This document shows positions 14,301 to 29,039 of a DNA stretch of 64,000 nt, piece by piece. The DNA is from the human T2T-CHM13v2.0 reference genome, Homo sapiens. Numbering within the stretch: the stretch's first letter is position 1; every line of letters starts with the position of its first letter. The notes beneath the pieces were generated by a model. It was not told the DNA's origin, ran no database searches, and was given only the letters and a program-made list of their open reading frames with translations. A program made the position numbers and the translations under genes. Location of the stretch: the NCBI RefSeq assembly GCF_009914755.1, contig NC_060944.1. One strand, given 5' to 3'.

Positions 14301-14439
14301 TTGCCAAAGGGTGACTATTATTACTTTGAGACTCTGGAAAAATTAGCCAGGAAACAGAGACAAGAGGCTCAGGGTGCAGCAAAGCAGCCAAATCAGGATG
14401 ATAGTGTTTTCTTTGGAGCAGATATACTAATGGCCAAGG

Positions 14440-15200
14440 AACTCATAAAAAGATGCCTAATGTCATCTCATTAGGGAAGTGCAGTCAAAGCCACAGCATG
14501 ATACGTCTTCACACCCACGAGGATGGCCATAATCAGAGAGACAATAACCAGTGGTAGGGAAGATGTGAAAAAATCGGAATGCTCATGCATTGCTGGTAGG
14601 AATGTGACATGGTGCAGCTGCTTTGGAAAGCAGTTTAACAGTTCCTGGAAAAGTTAAACATGGAGTTACCCTAAGACCCAGCAATTCCATTCCTAGGTAA
14701 GCAAGAAAATGAAAACATATGGCCACACAAAAACTTGTACACAAATGTCCATAGCAGCATTTTCATAATAGCTGAAAAGTGGAAACAACCCAAATATCCA
14801 TCAATTGGAAAAAGGAAATCTAGCATTTGCATATAATAGAGTATTAATCAGCCATAAGAAGAAACAAAGCACCGATCCATGTTATATCATGCTTTATACT
14901 TGGAAGCATGGTACTAAGTGAAAGACGCCAGACACAAAAAGCAAAATATTGTATGATTCCATTTATATAAAGTGTCTAGAATAGGCAAATCCATAGAGGC
15001 AGAAAACAGATTAGTGGTTGCCAGTGGCTGGGAATAGGGAAAAAACTCAGCGCTAAAGGGTAGGGAGTTTTGTTTTGGAGTAATGACGATGTTCTGGAAT
15101 TAGACGTGGAACGATTACACACATGGTGCAAATATCCTTAAAATCACGGAATTGTCACTCTAAAAGGTGAATTTTATGGTAGGTGAATTGTACCTCAATT
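14440..15200 (+). mobile_element. L1M (L1MB-like) 3' end fragment
   Basis: gacccagcaattccattcctagg, attgtatgattccatttata and ggtgaattttatggtaggtgaattgtacctcaat. Confidence 0.8.
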
Positions 15201-15459
15201 TGTAAAAAGAAGAATTAGATAAATAAACAGCAACACAGCACCAAGGGGTGGGGGTAGGAAACAGACAACAAATAGGAGTGAAGAGTTCACAGGAAAAGAC
15301 ATGCAGCCAGCTTTTAAGCAGAAGAAAAGATGTTTGGCCTCATAAATAGTAAAATAAAAGCACAATAAAATTATGACACTTGGCTTTCCCTTGCCAAATT
15401 GGTTAAAAAGGAGACAATTGATGACCCCAGTGGAAAGCGTATAAAAAAAGAGCAGCTGT

Positions 15460-15894
<435 letters not shown>

Positions 15895-16094
15895 CTATTA
15901 ATACTTAAAATTTCACCAACACTGTAAGTCTAACTTCCACTTCTAAAATGTTATCCTAGAAATAAAATTGCATAGGGGTACAAAGGCTTACGTATGGAAC
16001 TATTTGCTGGACTACTGTAGTTGTGGCAAAAAACTGGAAATGACCTAAACGCTTATTAGTAGAAACCTGGTTAAATAAATTATCATATGTCCTT

Positions 16095-16298
16095 GAGGAC
16101 ACAGGGACACAAAGAGGGGAATGACAGGCACTGAGCCTACTTGAGGGTGGGAGGAGGAAGTCGATCAGAAAAAATAACTAGTGGGTACTAGGCTTAGTAC
16201 CCGGGTGAAAAAATAATCTGTACAACAAACCCCCATGACATGAGTTTACCTTATAACAAACCTGCACATGTAATCTGAACCTAGATAAAAGTTTAAAA
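16095..16298 (+). mobile_element. Short L1PA-type 3' end insertion (about 200 bp) inside an older L1M
   Basis: ...gggtactaggcttagtacccgggtg...acaacaaacccccatgac...; flanked by a ~20-bp TSD aaataaat(t/a)atcatatgtcc. Confidence 0.85.
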
Positions 16299-17192
16299 AA
16301 ATAAATAATCATATGTCCCTACAATGAAATATTCCACAGGCATTAAAATTCCCCAAGGAATTTTAGTAAGGAAAGAAAAAGCTGTGCCCAACAGCACGTA
16401 CAGTATGTTTCCATTTGTTTTTAAAAAATGGTGTCGGGAGGTTGAGGAGACAACTTATAAATAGACATGCCTGGGATACCTCTGGATATAAGAAACTGTA
16501 AAGTATTTACTTCTAAGGAAGGAAATTTGGGATGGGGCTTGGGGAGCCATCAGAGTTAGGGTGGGGATTTTTTCTCTGCCTTATCTTATTATGTATATCG
16601 CTCAGAATGTTTGCTATGTGTATGCACCTACCCCATCCATTAAGAAATGAAGAAATAATGAAAAGAAAAAATGAAAGTAGGGAACTAGAAATGAGAGGTG
16701 GGATTCAAAGTGGACTGAACACTTGACCTATTTCCCAATTTGCCTGGGGCTGGCCCAGCAGCGAGGCAGGTTCTAACCAATGAGCATTAGCTTTGAATGG
16801 AGGGGCTGATAGGACAGGTGGGCCCTGCTTGCTGAGAGTGTCATGGCCTTAGGGACATCTCCATGTTGCAGAGTCTGAGCCTCTGCTTGGCAAATTCAGA
16901 AAATCCAGCTTTTCTTTTTATATCACCTGGAGCTGATGTAACTCTCAGAAGGCATTTTTAAGAGGACTCATGAATTAACCACATAGCCAACTTACTGGCT
17001 TAAGACTACGTGACAGAAAGCTGCAAAGGGGGCCAGCCACTGGTAACATCCCACCACTGTCCCTCTCTGTGGAAAACACAGATGGGATGCACATTGTGAC
17101 GGGCAGGATGCCTGGAGAGCCCACAAATCTGCAAGCACAGCTGAAATTGGTTACAGGATTTCAATGTTTCATTGCTTGAAGCTATGATAACT

Positions 17193-17228
17193 TGATGATG
17201 ATGATGATGATGATGATGATGACGATGA
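17193..17228 (+). repeat. (GAT)n microsatellite
   Basis: Direct reading: gatgatgat...gacgatgat. Confidence 0.95.
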
Positions 17229-17529
17229 TTTTTTTTATAGCCATCTTTTTAGAGGGATTTGAGGTAGGGAAAAAAATAAACCTCACACTATCGGAGGTTG
17301 CCAACTATGAGGTCTGCTGATGGTTTGGCCAACACAGTGTTTATATTTTTTTGAATTGGGAAATTTCATTTAAAAGTCCTAAAATCAGGCTGTTATTGAA
17401 ATATCTTATTATTGGCTCAGGGTTTCCCAGGGCAGCCATCCTTGAAGCTGTGTGGAGCCCTATAAACAAGGAGGCTTTCCAGTTCCCTGCAAACTCCATT
17501 TCATTCAGAGCCTTGAGCCAGTTCTTACA

Positions 17530-17720
17530 TGGTCCTCAGACTTGAGCTAGTGCAAGAATACCCGGGAGGGGTTGTGGGAACAGATAGCTGGGCCCCACCC
17601 CCAGGGAAGGGGGTGTTTCTGACTCAGGAGGTCTGGGCTCCGGCTACAGAAACTGCACATCTAACCGGTACCCAGGTGATGTGATGCTGCTGGCCCAGGG
17701 ACAACTCTGCGAGTCACTGC
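17530..17720 (+). mobile_element. MER5A-like hAT element
   Basis: cagatagctgggccccaccccca...tctaaccggtacccaggtgatgtgatgctgctggccc...cactgct; strand assignment is tentative. Confidence 0.65.
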
Positions 17721-18395
17721 TATTGGGCACTGCTATTGCACCCACACAAGGAGGCAGGCTCTGCTTACATTTTTCAGTTCTTGTTCCCAGAAACATTTGC
17801 TCTTTGGGGTATGCTTTGCATATAATGGATCCTACCCACTAATACAGTATGCTGCTTTTATTGATAAACTTCCAGAAACTTGAAGCGCACCTTACCATTT
17901 CTTTGATCTCGCTGATTATTTTTATTTTTGTTAAATGAAAATTGTTGGTAAGTTCTTTTTGGTGTGGTAAAAGGATATGAAAAACTGATTTTAAAAAAAT
18001 GTCCACTCTAGGATTAGAATTGTAGGTGTGTTTATTCTATTTCAAGATCTGGTTAAAATGCACCTTGAGGAAAAGAATTGAGTGCAGCTGTTGTTATTTC
18101 TCAATGCTGTTTCTCTTTTCATGTTTTTTTCATGTTGTCTCTTGGTCTGTCCTATCTCTCTTGGTCTATCCTCCAAGACAGAGATGAGTGATCTTGAAAC
18201 CCTGCCCATGTTTTTATCTTTGGAGCCCAACTGTGCTGCCTTGTTTTCTTCTCCATCCAAAGAGGCAAAGAGAAAGTTGCATATTACTCAACAGCAGTTG
18301 CATGACAGTTAAAATCAGACTGTATGAGTCATGGAACAGTAAGTTGTGTCCAGAGTATCTGTCATGGTAAGTACAAAAAAGTCCTTAAAAATTTA

Positions 18396-18803
<408 letters not shown>

Positions 18804-18816
18804 TTAAAAATACTTA

Positions 18817-19156
<340 letters not shown>

Positions 19157-19369
19157 TCAGAGAAAAATAAGAAAAAAACTGAATGCCCAAAATTAGCATA
19201 ATGGCTGAATGAATTATAGTATGTCTATACCTTGAAGTACATTGTAGCTTTAAAAAAAATGAATTAAAGTTATACCAGTTGAATTTGGAGTTGAGATGGG
19301 GAAGATTATTACAATTAAAAAAAAACAAACACTATTAATGGATGTGCTGGGAAATGTCTGTATGGGGCT

Positions 19370-19797
19370 AGTTAAAGTAAATTAAAATAAAGACCAGACC
19401 TGAAGAATCCCTGAGCGGACAAAGCCTGTTAGACCACATAAATGAGCTAAACCTTGCTTGATTTGCAGACATAAGCAAAACAACTCGAGCTGTTTCTTGT
19501 AAATGCCTATGCTAAAGAAAAACAGAACTTGAGCTCAACCAATCAGAAACAGTCAACAAACTTAAAATTATATAACTGGGTACCTTCCAATGAGATGATC
19601 AAATAAGGCAACTGTGTAATTGTAACACATCAAACACATTTTATATTATGCCTCTGCATTTTCCCTTAATTCTGGCATGTAATGCTTTGTCATCAAAACA
19701 CTAATTCCCTTTTGGTTTTCTTTTCTCAAATTAATGAATTGCCTCTATTCAGATACACTCTTTGAAATTTTATTGTGTCTCAGATTTGTCTTTTACA
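19370..19797 (+). mobile_element. ERV1-class solo LTR (family uncertain)
   Basis: gttaaagtaaattaaaat...cctgaagaatccctgagc...aaccaatcagaa...ttttattgtgtctcag...ttttaca resembles an ERV1 LTR; name not established. Confidence 0.55.
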
Positions 19798-20139
19798 AAG
19801 TATAGAACAAAGAGAAAAATATGAAAGAAGAAATATTAGGTTGTTAGCTTGGGTGTCCTTGGAGGGGGTAGGGAAGATGTGAGATGAGGAAGAAGCCAAT
19901 AAGAAAAAGAAAAAGACAGGTTTCACCAAAACAACAATAACAGAAAATATGATTGCATTTATTCATATATGTTAATTGGTATGTATGTAAGTATATATGC
20001 ATGTAAAAATAAAATACAAAGAATTAAAATGCATACTAATAGTTATTTCAGTTATCTATGGCTGTGTAACAAGCATCCCCAAAATGATTGACTTAACCAC
20101 CATTTTATTAGGTCATGATTCCATGCATTAAGAATTCAG

Positions 20140-20753
<614 letters not shown>

Positions 20754-21568
20754 GAATTCAGGCAGAGAGAGGATAGGATCAGCTTATTTCTGCTCTATGA
20801 TGTCTGGAGCCACAGCTGGGGTGCCTTGAAAGGATGAAGATGGCTGGGACGGCTCACACAGGGACATATGTCTGGAGCTTTAGTTCTGGCTATGGGCTGG
20901 TTCCTATGGTCCTTCCTCATACGGCATCTATTAGCTGAAATGCCCATGATGTCTTCTTTAATCACAGGTCTGGTTCCTGGACTGGGATGGCTGGAATATT
21001 TGGGAACTGGCTGGGTACCTCTCTCTTGCCTCATGGCTTCTTCATGTGACTAGCTTGGGCTCTCTCACAGCATGGCAATCTCAGGGTAGAACTTCTGATA
21101 TTGTGTCTAGGCTTTCTCAGAGCTAGTGTTGCAAGAGATAAGGCAGAAGCTCCGAGTCTTCTTAAAAGGCTTCTTGAAAGTCCTGTGTCATCCCTTCTAC
21201 TACATACTGTTGGTTATATAGGACCAGCCCAGAGGGGACTACACAGGGGTGTGAATACCAGGAAGCATGGGTTATTGCGTGGTGGGTTGTATGTGTGCAT
21301 CTTTGGAGACTATCAACCACAATAATGCAATAGGGAAGATAATTTTATCTAACAGGAATTCTCCACTAGACTTTTTGGTGAGAAAAAGCACTGAGTTTGA
21401 GAAGGATGAGATTTCCCCAGGGCTCTTGCTCACTCCCAAGGAAGACAGAGGCACAAGGAGCTGTTGGGCCATCTGGGAGAGCCAGTGTTCAGAACTCTCT
21501 GTTATTACTTTAGACTCAGTGGTGATACAGTGCAATGGAGGGAAAGAAGAAAGGAGAGTGCCTGTGAG

Positions 21569-21984
21569 TGTTACCAGTGGAGAGTTGTCCAGGTTCTTGG
21601 TGTTTTGAACAAAAAAAATTGGACAAAATGCACAAAGCAATGAAAGCACAGATTTATAGAAATGAAAGTACACTCCACAGAGTGGGAGCAGGTTTGAGCA
21701 AGTGGCTCAAGAGTGCTGGTTACAGAAATTTCTGGGGTTTAAATACCCTCTAGTGGTTTCCCATTGGTTACTTGGTGTATGCCCTATGTAAATGAAGAGG
21801 ATGAAGGGAAGTTACAAAGTTATTTACTTGGTGTACACCCTATGCAAATGAAGAGGATATTTCCTGCCATAGCTGAAGTGCAGTTACATCCATAGTTGAG
21901 CATAGAAAGTTGTGGGTTTTCTGCTTGATTTAGTTCTAGGAAGTCCTTAGCTTCCCCGCCTCCAGACCCTATTCCCCTACCTCA
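21569..21984 (-). mobile_element. MER51A-like ERV1 solo LTR
   Basis: TG...CA ends (tgttaccagtggag...ccagaccctattcccctacctca); perfect 4-bp TSD TGAG at 21565-21568 and 21985-21988. Confidence 0.85.
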
Positions 21985-22199
21985 TGAGGATGGGGTGTCT
22001 CACAGAGTTTCAAGGTGGAGAGTTGAGGATAGGGAGCCTCTTGAGTGAGAGACATATAGCAATGTGAGGAGAGAGAAAAGTGGTGTTTAGGATGTGAGTT
22101 AGATCTCCTTAATGTCTTTTGAAAGGCCAGAGTGAGGATATGAACTACTTTCCTTTGCTCAATTCTAATAATTCTTTGGAATCACCTCTGGCAGACACT

Positions 22200-22650
22200 G
22201 TTTGTGGCCTGCCCAATAGCCAATCATCTCCAGCCCCAACCATGTATTATTATTATTCACTTGCATCTCAAAGAGATGCTTGATTCCCAGTATCCCATGC
22301 AGCTGGTATGGGCCATGTGATGTAGCTCTGGCCAATAAGAGGATGCCTACATGGTGGCAGAGGCTTCAGGGAAGGATCCTCCTTCCTCGCATAATACAAG
22401 GAGAAAAAAAAATGGTGGCAAAGTTTGGCCTTTCCTCTCCTGCTTTTGGATCCCATGATGTAGAGATGTGATGTTTGGTTCTGTGACAGCCATCTTGTGA
22501 GCAGGAGTGACACAATTGGCTCATGTACTTGGTGTTTTGATGAGGCTGTCAGACTGCTGTACCAAATTTAGAACTGCCACCTCCAGACTTCTTGCTCAAA
22601 TTAAAAGTGCTATTTACTTATCCAGGGTTGCATTCCTTGAAGCTGAGTGC
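22200..22650 (+). mobile_element. Old ERVL LTR (LTR16/LTR33-like)
   Basis: tcccagtatcccatgcagctgg...ggccatgtga...tctggccaat...cagccatcttgtga...cacctccagacttcttg. Confidence 0.6.
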
Positions 22651-23467
22651 AGCAGAGTCTGGGAACTTGCCCTTCGGCCTTATTATTTTATTCCTCTGCT
22701 ACCACTGGCTTAATATGCCACTGTTCATTGATCAACCATTTCTAAGTCTTTAGTGTATCTCAGGCCTTGTGCTGAGCTCTGGGACCCTCATAACAAGAAA
22801 GGATGGCAAGCGTCCTGCTCTCAGGGACTTTTACTTGAGTTTGGAAACAGATAAAAAATAAGATCAATTGGAGGGAAATAGTGGACACTAGGAGAACACA
22901 TGTATTTGCTCCCTTCCAGACAAGTGCTGTTGCCTATATTTTTTACTACATCAGGGAGCTATGCTTTTTGGCATCAGGTCTCCCATTCCACTTTGACTAG
23001 GCATTGATATTGGCAAATGCTTCTCTTCTCACTCATTATGTTATTGGCAGGAGCACTTTTCTCAAGTTAGAATTTTCAATCCAATAAAATGATTCCACTT
23101 ACATCTTTTTTTTAAGAAAAGCAAAATTAGTCTATTCTTTTTAGGAACAATGACTAGGAGCAAAAAAGGAAAATACTAATTTTAGAAACCTTTTATCCAG
23201 GTCAAACATTCCTTCTGTTTCTGGAAAATGACGTGTCCTGGCAGGGAAGGCATGTCTTAGTCTCTGCCATACGTTAGCAGTGAGGCCTGAGAACTAATGT
23301 CATAAATTTGCTAGAAAGGAATCAAAGAAGGCCAAAAATCAGGCATTTTTATTTCTCCAAAGATCTATGAAGTTTTAGGCATAAATAATATGCAGGTGGG
23401 AAAATCTGGTCAGGTGATATGTCAGGGAAAGCCAATGGTAAAGAATAAGTATGAAAATAGCCTCTAC

Positions 23468-23602
23468 TTTTTTTTTTTTTTTAAATAGAGATGGGGTCTC
23501 TATGTTGCCCAGGCTGAACTCAAACTCCTGGACTCAAGCAATCCTCCCACCTCAGCCTCCCAGAGTGCTGGGATTTTAGGCGTGAGCCACTGCACCCATC
23601 CC
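23468..23602 (-). mobile_element. FLAM-C-like Alu monomer
   Basis: Single monomer with T-tail; TSD aatagcctctactttt on both sides. Confidence 0.85.
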
Positions 23603-23819
23603 AATAGCCTCTACTTTTAGTTTTGCCCGGACTCCTTTATTTCAGCACTTTTATCTTGTGCCAGCTGCTGTTTTTAGAGCTCCCCTACAAAGTTCATACT
23701 ATTATTCCAGTTTTACAGATGAGACTCAGAATAAACTTCCTTGCCAAGGTTGTACAGCTAGTGAGTGGCAGAGCCAAAACCTATGCTTGGGTCTGTTAGA
23801 GTCCAATGCTTGAGAGGAT

Positions 23820-24260
23820 ATGGTTCCATTTCCGATTGCTGTAATGAATTATCCCAAATGCCCCAGCACAAATATATTACAGTTCTGAAGCCTGTAGGTC
23901 AAAAATGGGTCAGCTTCTAGAAGCTGTAGGGGAGAATCTATTTCCTTCTTTTCTCTGGTATCCAGAGGTCACCTACATTCCTTGGCTTGTGGCTCCATTC
24001 TCCAGCTTCCAGTCCAGCAGTGTAGCATCTTTAAGCCTCTCTCTCTTTGTGACATCTGCTCCCATAATCACACCTTTTCCTACTCCAACCCTTCTGCCTC
24101 CCTCTCATGAAGACCCTTGTGATCACACTGGGTCCACCTGGATAATCCAGGATAATATCATCATCTCACATTCCTTAGTCACATCTGCCAAGTCCTTTTG
24201 CCATGTAAGGTCACATACTCATAGGTGCTGAAGATTAGATGTGAGCATTTGATGGGAGGA
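23820..24260 (-). mobile_element. MLT1 (B/C/D-like) LTR
   Basis: ggagaatctatttcc...cttgtgatcacactgggtccacctggataatccaggataat...ttttgccatgtaaggtcacatactcatagg. Confidence 0.75.
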
Positions 24261-25610
24261 AGGGCACCGTGCCTTGTGCTGGACTCTTAGCTATAATACT
24301 CTGTGGTCTCATACATGAAGAAATTGCATAAGTAAGTTGCACTCCCTAGTGTATGCACTCTCAGTGGGGATGGTATTAATCCCAAGAGGGCGAAAATGGT
24401 TCTATGGGAGAGGATGAACAAAACTCATTCTTTTTACGTATAGAGCACAGATACAGTACATACACAGATACACGTCAGTGATATTACAATTTCATGAATG
24501 GGATGCGCTTAGCTCTTAATGCATTACCTCGTCTAGTCCTGGATGTCACCTGCGAGGCCAACGTGTCATCTCACTTGCCCACCTGCCTTCTTTGCCCTGG
24601 CCGTCCACGCTCTGCCTCCCCTTGCGTCCCTCCCCAACACCTCAGCTCTGCTTGAGTGAGAAGATGACTCTGGGGTCCCCCTTGAGAACATATGTGCCTT
24701 TTAAAACTATGTTTTTGTTATTGAAGAACAAATGTTAACTAAATCACATCAGCATTAGCTGCACTCTCACAGAGCTTGGTTTTATGCTAATACTGGCCAT
24801 CTATCTCTTTAGGTGGGTCTTTTGCAAAGAAACAAACTAGAAAACAACTATATTCTCAAGGTGGTAAAAAGCCTTTTTAGGTATTTCCTTCCCAGAATCT
24901 CTAGGCTTAGGCTTTCTCTTCTCTTTTTAGCTTTTGAGTGAAAAAGGTAAGGAGCAGCCGTCATTCTCCTTTCTTATTGGTGGGAAAGTGATTGTTGCAT
25001 ATTAATAGGGGTTGTGGCACCTCCGTGGTAATGTTTCACTAAATGGAACAGCATATTCTCTTTCTAGGATGATTAATTTTGTGTGGCCTGACAGTGGTGT
25101 GTGGGACTAAATGTTCTGTCCTTTCTAACTGCCTGATCTCTGAGCCATGGGAGATTGAGTTTCTCCTTCACAATCCACCAAAGTTTGCATGTGAACAAAA
25201 CAGGGGATCTCTGTACGCAACAGGAGGGTGATGTGCTCAACTGTGAAGTGTGGTCCTACTTGAAGTTGTCTGATTCAATGAGATGCAATAAATTAACATA
25301 CCACATGTATTGGGGGGAGGTGAAGAGGTACCAGATGACAGTCTCCTGAGGTCTCCCTCTCTTGGGCAGTATATGGGAGGAATGGGCTGACAAAATAGCT
25401 AAGAGATGTCATCTCTTCACAAAACACCTCCCCATCACATTACTTTCTTTTGTGCAGACTCCTCCTGCCCCCAGTGATGAATCCAGAGGAAGCAAAAGAA
25501 CTGGTTGAGCAGAAGACACCCTTCTAACATAGCAAATGATCTTTCCCCCCATTCTTTATTGAATTTATTTTTTTTCTTTAGTTGATGTGAGCTGCTTTTG
25601 ACTATGCTGG

Positions 25611-25934
25611 TTTTTTTTTTGTTTGTTGTTGTTGTTGTTGTTGTTGTTGTTGAGATGAGGTCTCTGTCTGTCTCCTAGGCTGGAGTGCCGTGGCACGATC
25701 TTGGCTCACTGCAACCTCTGCCTCCCTGGGTTCAAGAGATTCTCCTTCCTCAACCTCCAGAGTAGCTGGGATTACAGACGTGTGTCACCACGCCCAGCTA
25801 ATTTTTGTATTTTTAGTAGAGACGGGGTTTCACCACGTTGGCCAGGCTGGTCTCAAACTCCCAACCTCAGGTGATCCACCTGTCTCGGCCTCCAAAAGTG
25901 CTGGGATTACACGCGTGAGCCACTGCACCCAGCC
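25611..25934 (-). mobile_element. AluSx/Sz-type with (TTG)n tail
   Basis: Full dimer; TSD actatgctg. Confidence 0.9.
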
Positions 25935-26364
25935 AACTATGCTGATTTTTAAAAAACTTCATTGTACCTTAACAGCATTTACAAAAATCAGATTTATCTG
26001 ATTGAAGTATAATTCACATACAATAAAATCCACCAACTTTAATAGCACAATTCAGTGCATTTTGACAAAATATGCAGTCATGTAGCCTCCACCATGATGA
26101 AGGTATAAAGCTTCTCCATCATTGCAAAGTTTCTCGATGCCCCTCTGCAGTGAGTGTCTCAACCAGCCCCAGCCCCTAGCAACCACTGATCTACTTTCTG
26201 TCACTACATTTGTGCCCTTTCTAGAATTTTATATAAGTGGAATCATGTAGTATGTTGCCTTTTGTGTCTGGCTTCTTTTTCTTAGTATAATAATGTTGAG
26301 ATTCATCCATGCTGTTGCATTGATCAGTAGTTCCTTCTTATTTATTGCTAAGGAGTATACCATC

Positions 26365-26764
26365 TGCTATAGCCTGAATGTGTCCCCCAAAATTCATATG
26401 TTGAAACTTAGTTACCATGTGATCATATTAAGAGGTGAGGCCTTAAGGAGGTGATTGAGTTTAGAGGGCAAAGACCACATAAATGGAATTATAGACTTTA
26501 TAAACGGACTTGAGGGAACTAGTTAGTCCCTTTCCTGCCCTTCTGTCGTGTCTGCCATCTGAGGACACAGCATTCCTCCCCTCTGGTGGGCACAGCAAGG
26601 CGCCATCTTGGAAGTAGAGAACAGGGCCCTCACCAGACACTGAACCTGCTGGTGCTTTGATCCTGGACTTCCCAGCCTCTAGAACTAAGAGAAAAAAATT
26701 TCTACTTTTTATAAATTACCAGATCTATGGCATTTTGTTATAGCAGTACAAACAGATTACGAGA
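26365..26764 (+). mobile_element. MSTD/MLT1A-like MaLR LTR inserted in a minus-strand L1M fragment (about 25980-26830)
   Basis: tgctatagcctgaatgtgtccccc...aaggcgccatcttggaag...ttgttatagcag; TSD ccatc/ccatt. Confidence 0.8.
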
Positions 26765-27794
26765 CCATTGTACGGATATACCCTAATTGGATTATCCGTT
26801 CTTCTAATGATAGATATTTTGCTCTAATAATTCTCAAGATATTTTTGGGTTCAAATAAAACAACTATTTGAAAAGGATGGAGACAAATTGAGGATACTAA
26901 TTTAAACAATTGCATTTTGGCAGAACAAGCACATAAGCCTCTCACCCAAAGTTTGCAAGCAAATGTGTTTGTCTTAGTGGCATTGCAGGTAAATCACATG
27001 GTATGTTGTTTTAACATCATTAGCAACCTACTCCAAAACGGGACACTCAAATAACATCTAAAATTGGTGAGTTAAGCTAGAAATATAACATAAGCAAAAA
27101 CTGAGACATTTTGATTTTTTAATATATTGTTACTTAAGATGAATAATAATACCAAACTTTTGAGAAAGATCTCCAATCCACATGGATTGTATTACTTAAT
27201 GTTTGTTTGATATCAAATTCCCATGGTGGTTTGCTCTTACTAAGAAAAAGCACTCTACACGATACATTTCTTTCTAGGAGGATACAGAATGTAATTTCAT
27301 GTTTTAGTTTAAAAGAGGTATTTTCCCTGATTGATATCTCTCACATTGTATCGAAAGACAAATAAAAGACTTACAAGGCATAAGGGATGTAGGAAAGACT
27401 AGTTTTAACTTTTGATCTTAAAGTTCCAAAAGATATGTTAGGCAGAAATAATACAGTTAACTTCAAATAGCAATGGCAGTCTTTATGTCAATTGACATTA
27501 AATCCAAGACAGAATAACTTTCCTTATGTGTTTACCACATGCCAGACACTGTTCTGAGAGTTTTAGGAGTATCAACTTATTTAAACCGTACAATAACTTA
27601 GAAGCTTTGGTCCTATCATTATTATAATTCCCATTTTACAGATGACAGAACAAAGAAGCTCAGAAACCTGCCCAAGCTCACATATTGGAGCCATGATTCA
27701 ATGTAGCATTCCAGCCTCTTTGGCTGTTTGCTTAGCCATGGTACCATTGCTGCTTCTAAATAAGCCTTCATAGGAAATATTATTGGATGCCAAT

Positions 27795-28158
27795 GGTATT
27801 AGTCTGTTCTCAGGCTACTAATAAAGACATACCTGAGACTGGGTAATTTATAAAGGAAAGAGGTTTAATGGACTTACAGCTCCACATGGCTGGGGAGACC
27901 TCACAATCATGGCAGATGACGAAGGAAGAGCAAAGGGATGTCTTACATGGCAGCAGGCAAGAGAGCATATGCAGTGGAACTCCCTTTTATAAAACCATCA
28001 AATCTCGTGAGACTTATTCACTATCATGAGAACAGCATGGGAAAAACATGCCCCTATGATTCAATTACCTCCTACTGGGTCCCTCCCATGACACGTGGGG
28101 ATTATGGGAGCTACAGTTCAAGATGAGATTTGGGTGGGGACAGAGCCAAACCGTATCA
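27795..28158 (-). mobile_element. THE1B/C solo LTR
   Basis: Perfect TSD CCAAT at 27790-27794 and 28159-28163; THE1 consensus motifs throughout. Confidence 0.92.
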
Positions 28159-29039
28159 CCAATGAATTGTTTTAATTGTAATTTTTGTAAGTAGGAAAAG
28201 TATAGATAAAAAGAAACCAAACAGTCAACTAGATTTCTATTTACATATTTTTCCAATGACTTTTCTATACCTCTATACATATATGTATACACCAATAGAG
28301 ATCAATAGAAATGTGCATCAAAAGACATGGTCAAATAATTCTCTCTGAAGGACAAGAAAGGGTCACCCAGAATTTCACTTTTATACCCCTTAAAACTGCA
28401 CTGAAAATTATAACTTAGCTAATAACCTTAGGAAAACTGCATGAGGACAACAATAAGCTTAAAAGGGGTAATCACTCTAAAGCAAGTTTCACAGGTTGAA
28501 GATGTCAATGAATAACAGGCAAAATTGCTACCTCGGGATTAACTGGGACTCTTTACAAACTCTCCAGCAGTAGCTGAGGATGTTGACAGCAAGACTGCCA
28601 GGTGTGAGGGCGAGGTACAAATAACCCATGACTCAGAAATGTGTGTTTCTTTTCCCTCGTCATGTGCAGGTGTTCACACGGCAACTGCTGTCTCAGACTG
28701 TTGTCCTACGTTTCAAGAGAAACCTATTTCCCTCCTTTTGGGAACATCTTTGTAATATACATACATATATATGAAATATGCATATATATATGTATATCTC
28801 AAATATGTGCATACATGTATGTGAGACATACACATATATGAGATATACCTATGCATATGTGTATCTCATATATGTTAACACACATGCATAATATATAAAA
28901 AACATAAATATATTACAGGTGAGAGAGGAAAGAAAAGAGAAAGTGAGATGGAGGATGGAGAGAAGGATAGAGAAGAGGCTTTCTCAATCCCAACAATTTT
29001 TCCCTATTCATTCCTTGCCCTTGCACTCCATATTAAACA

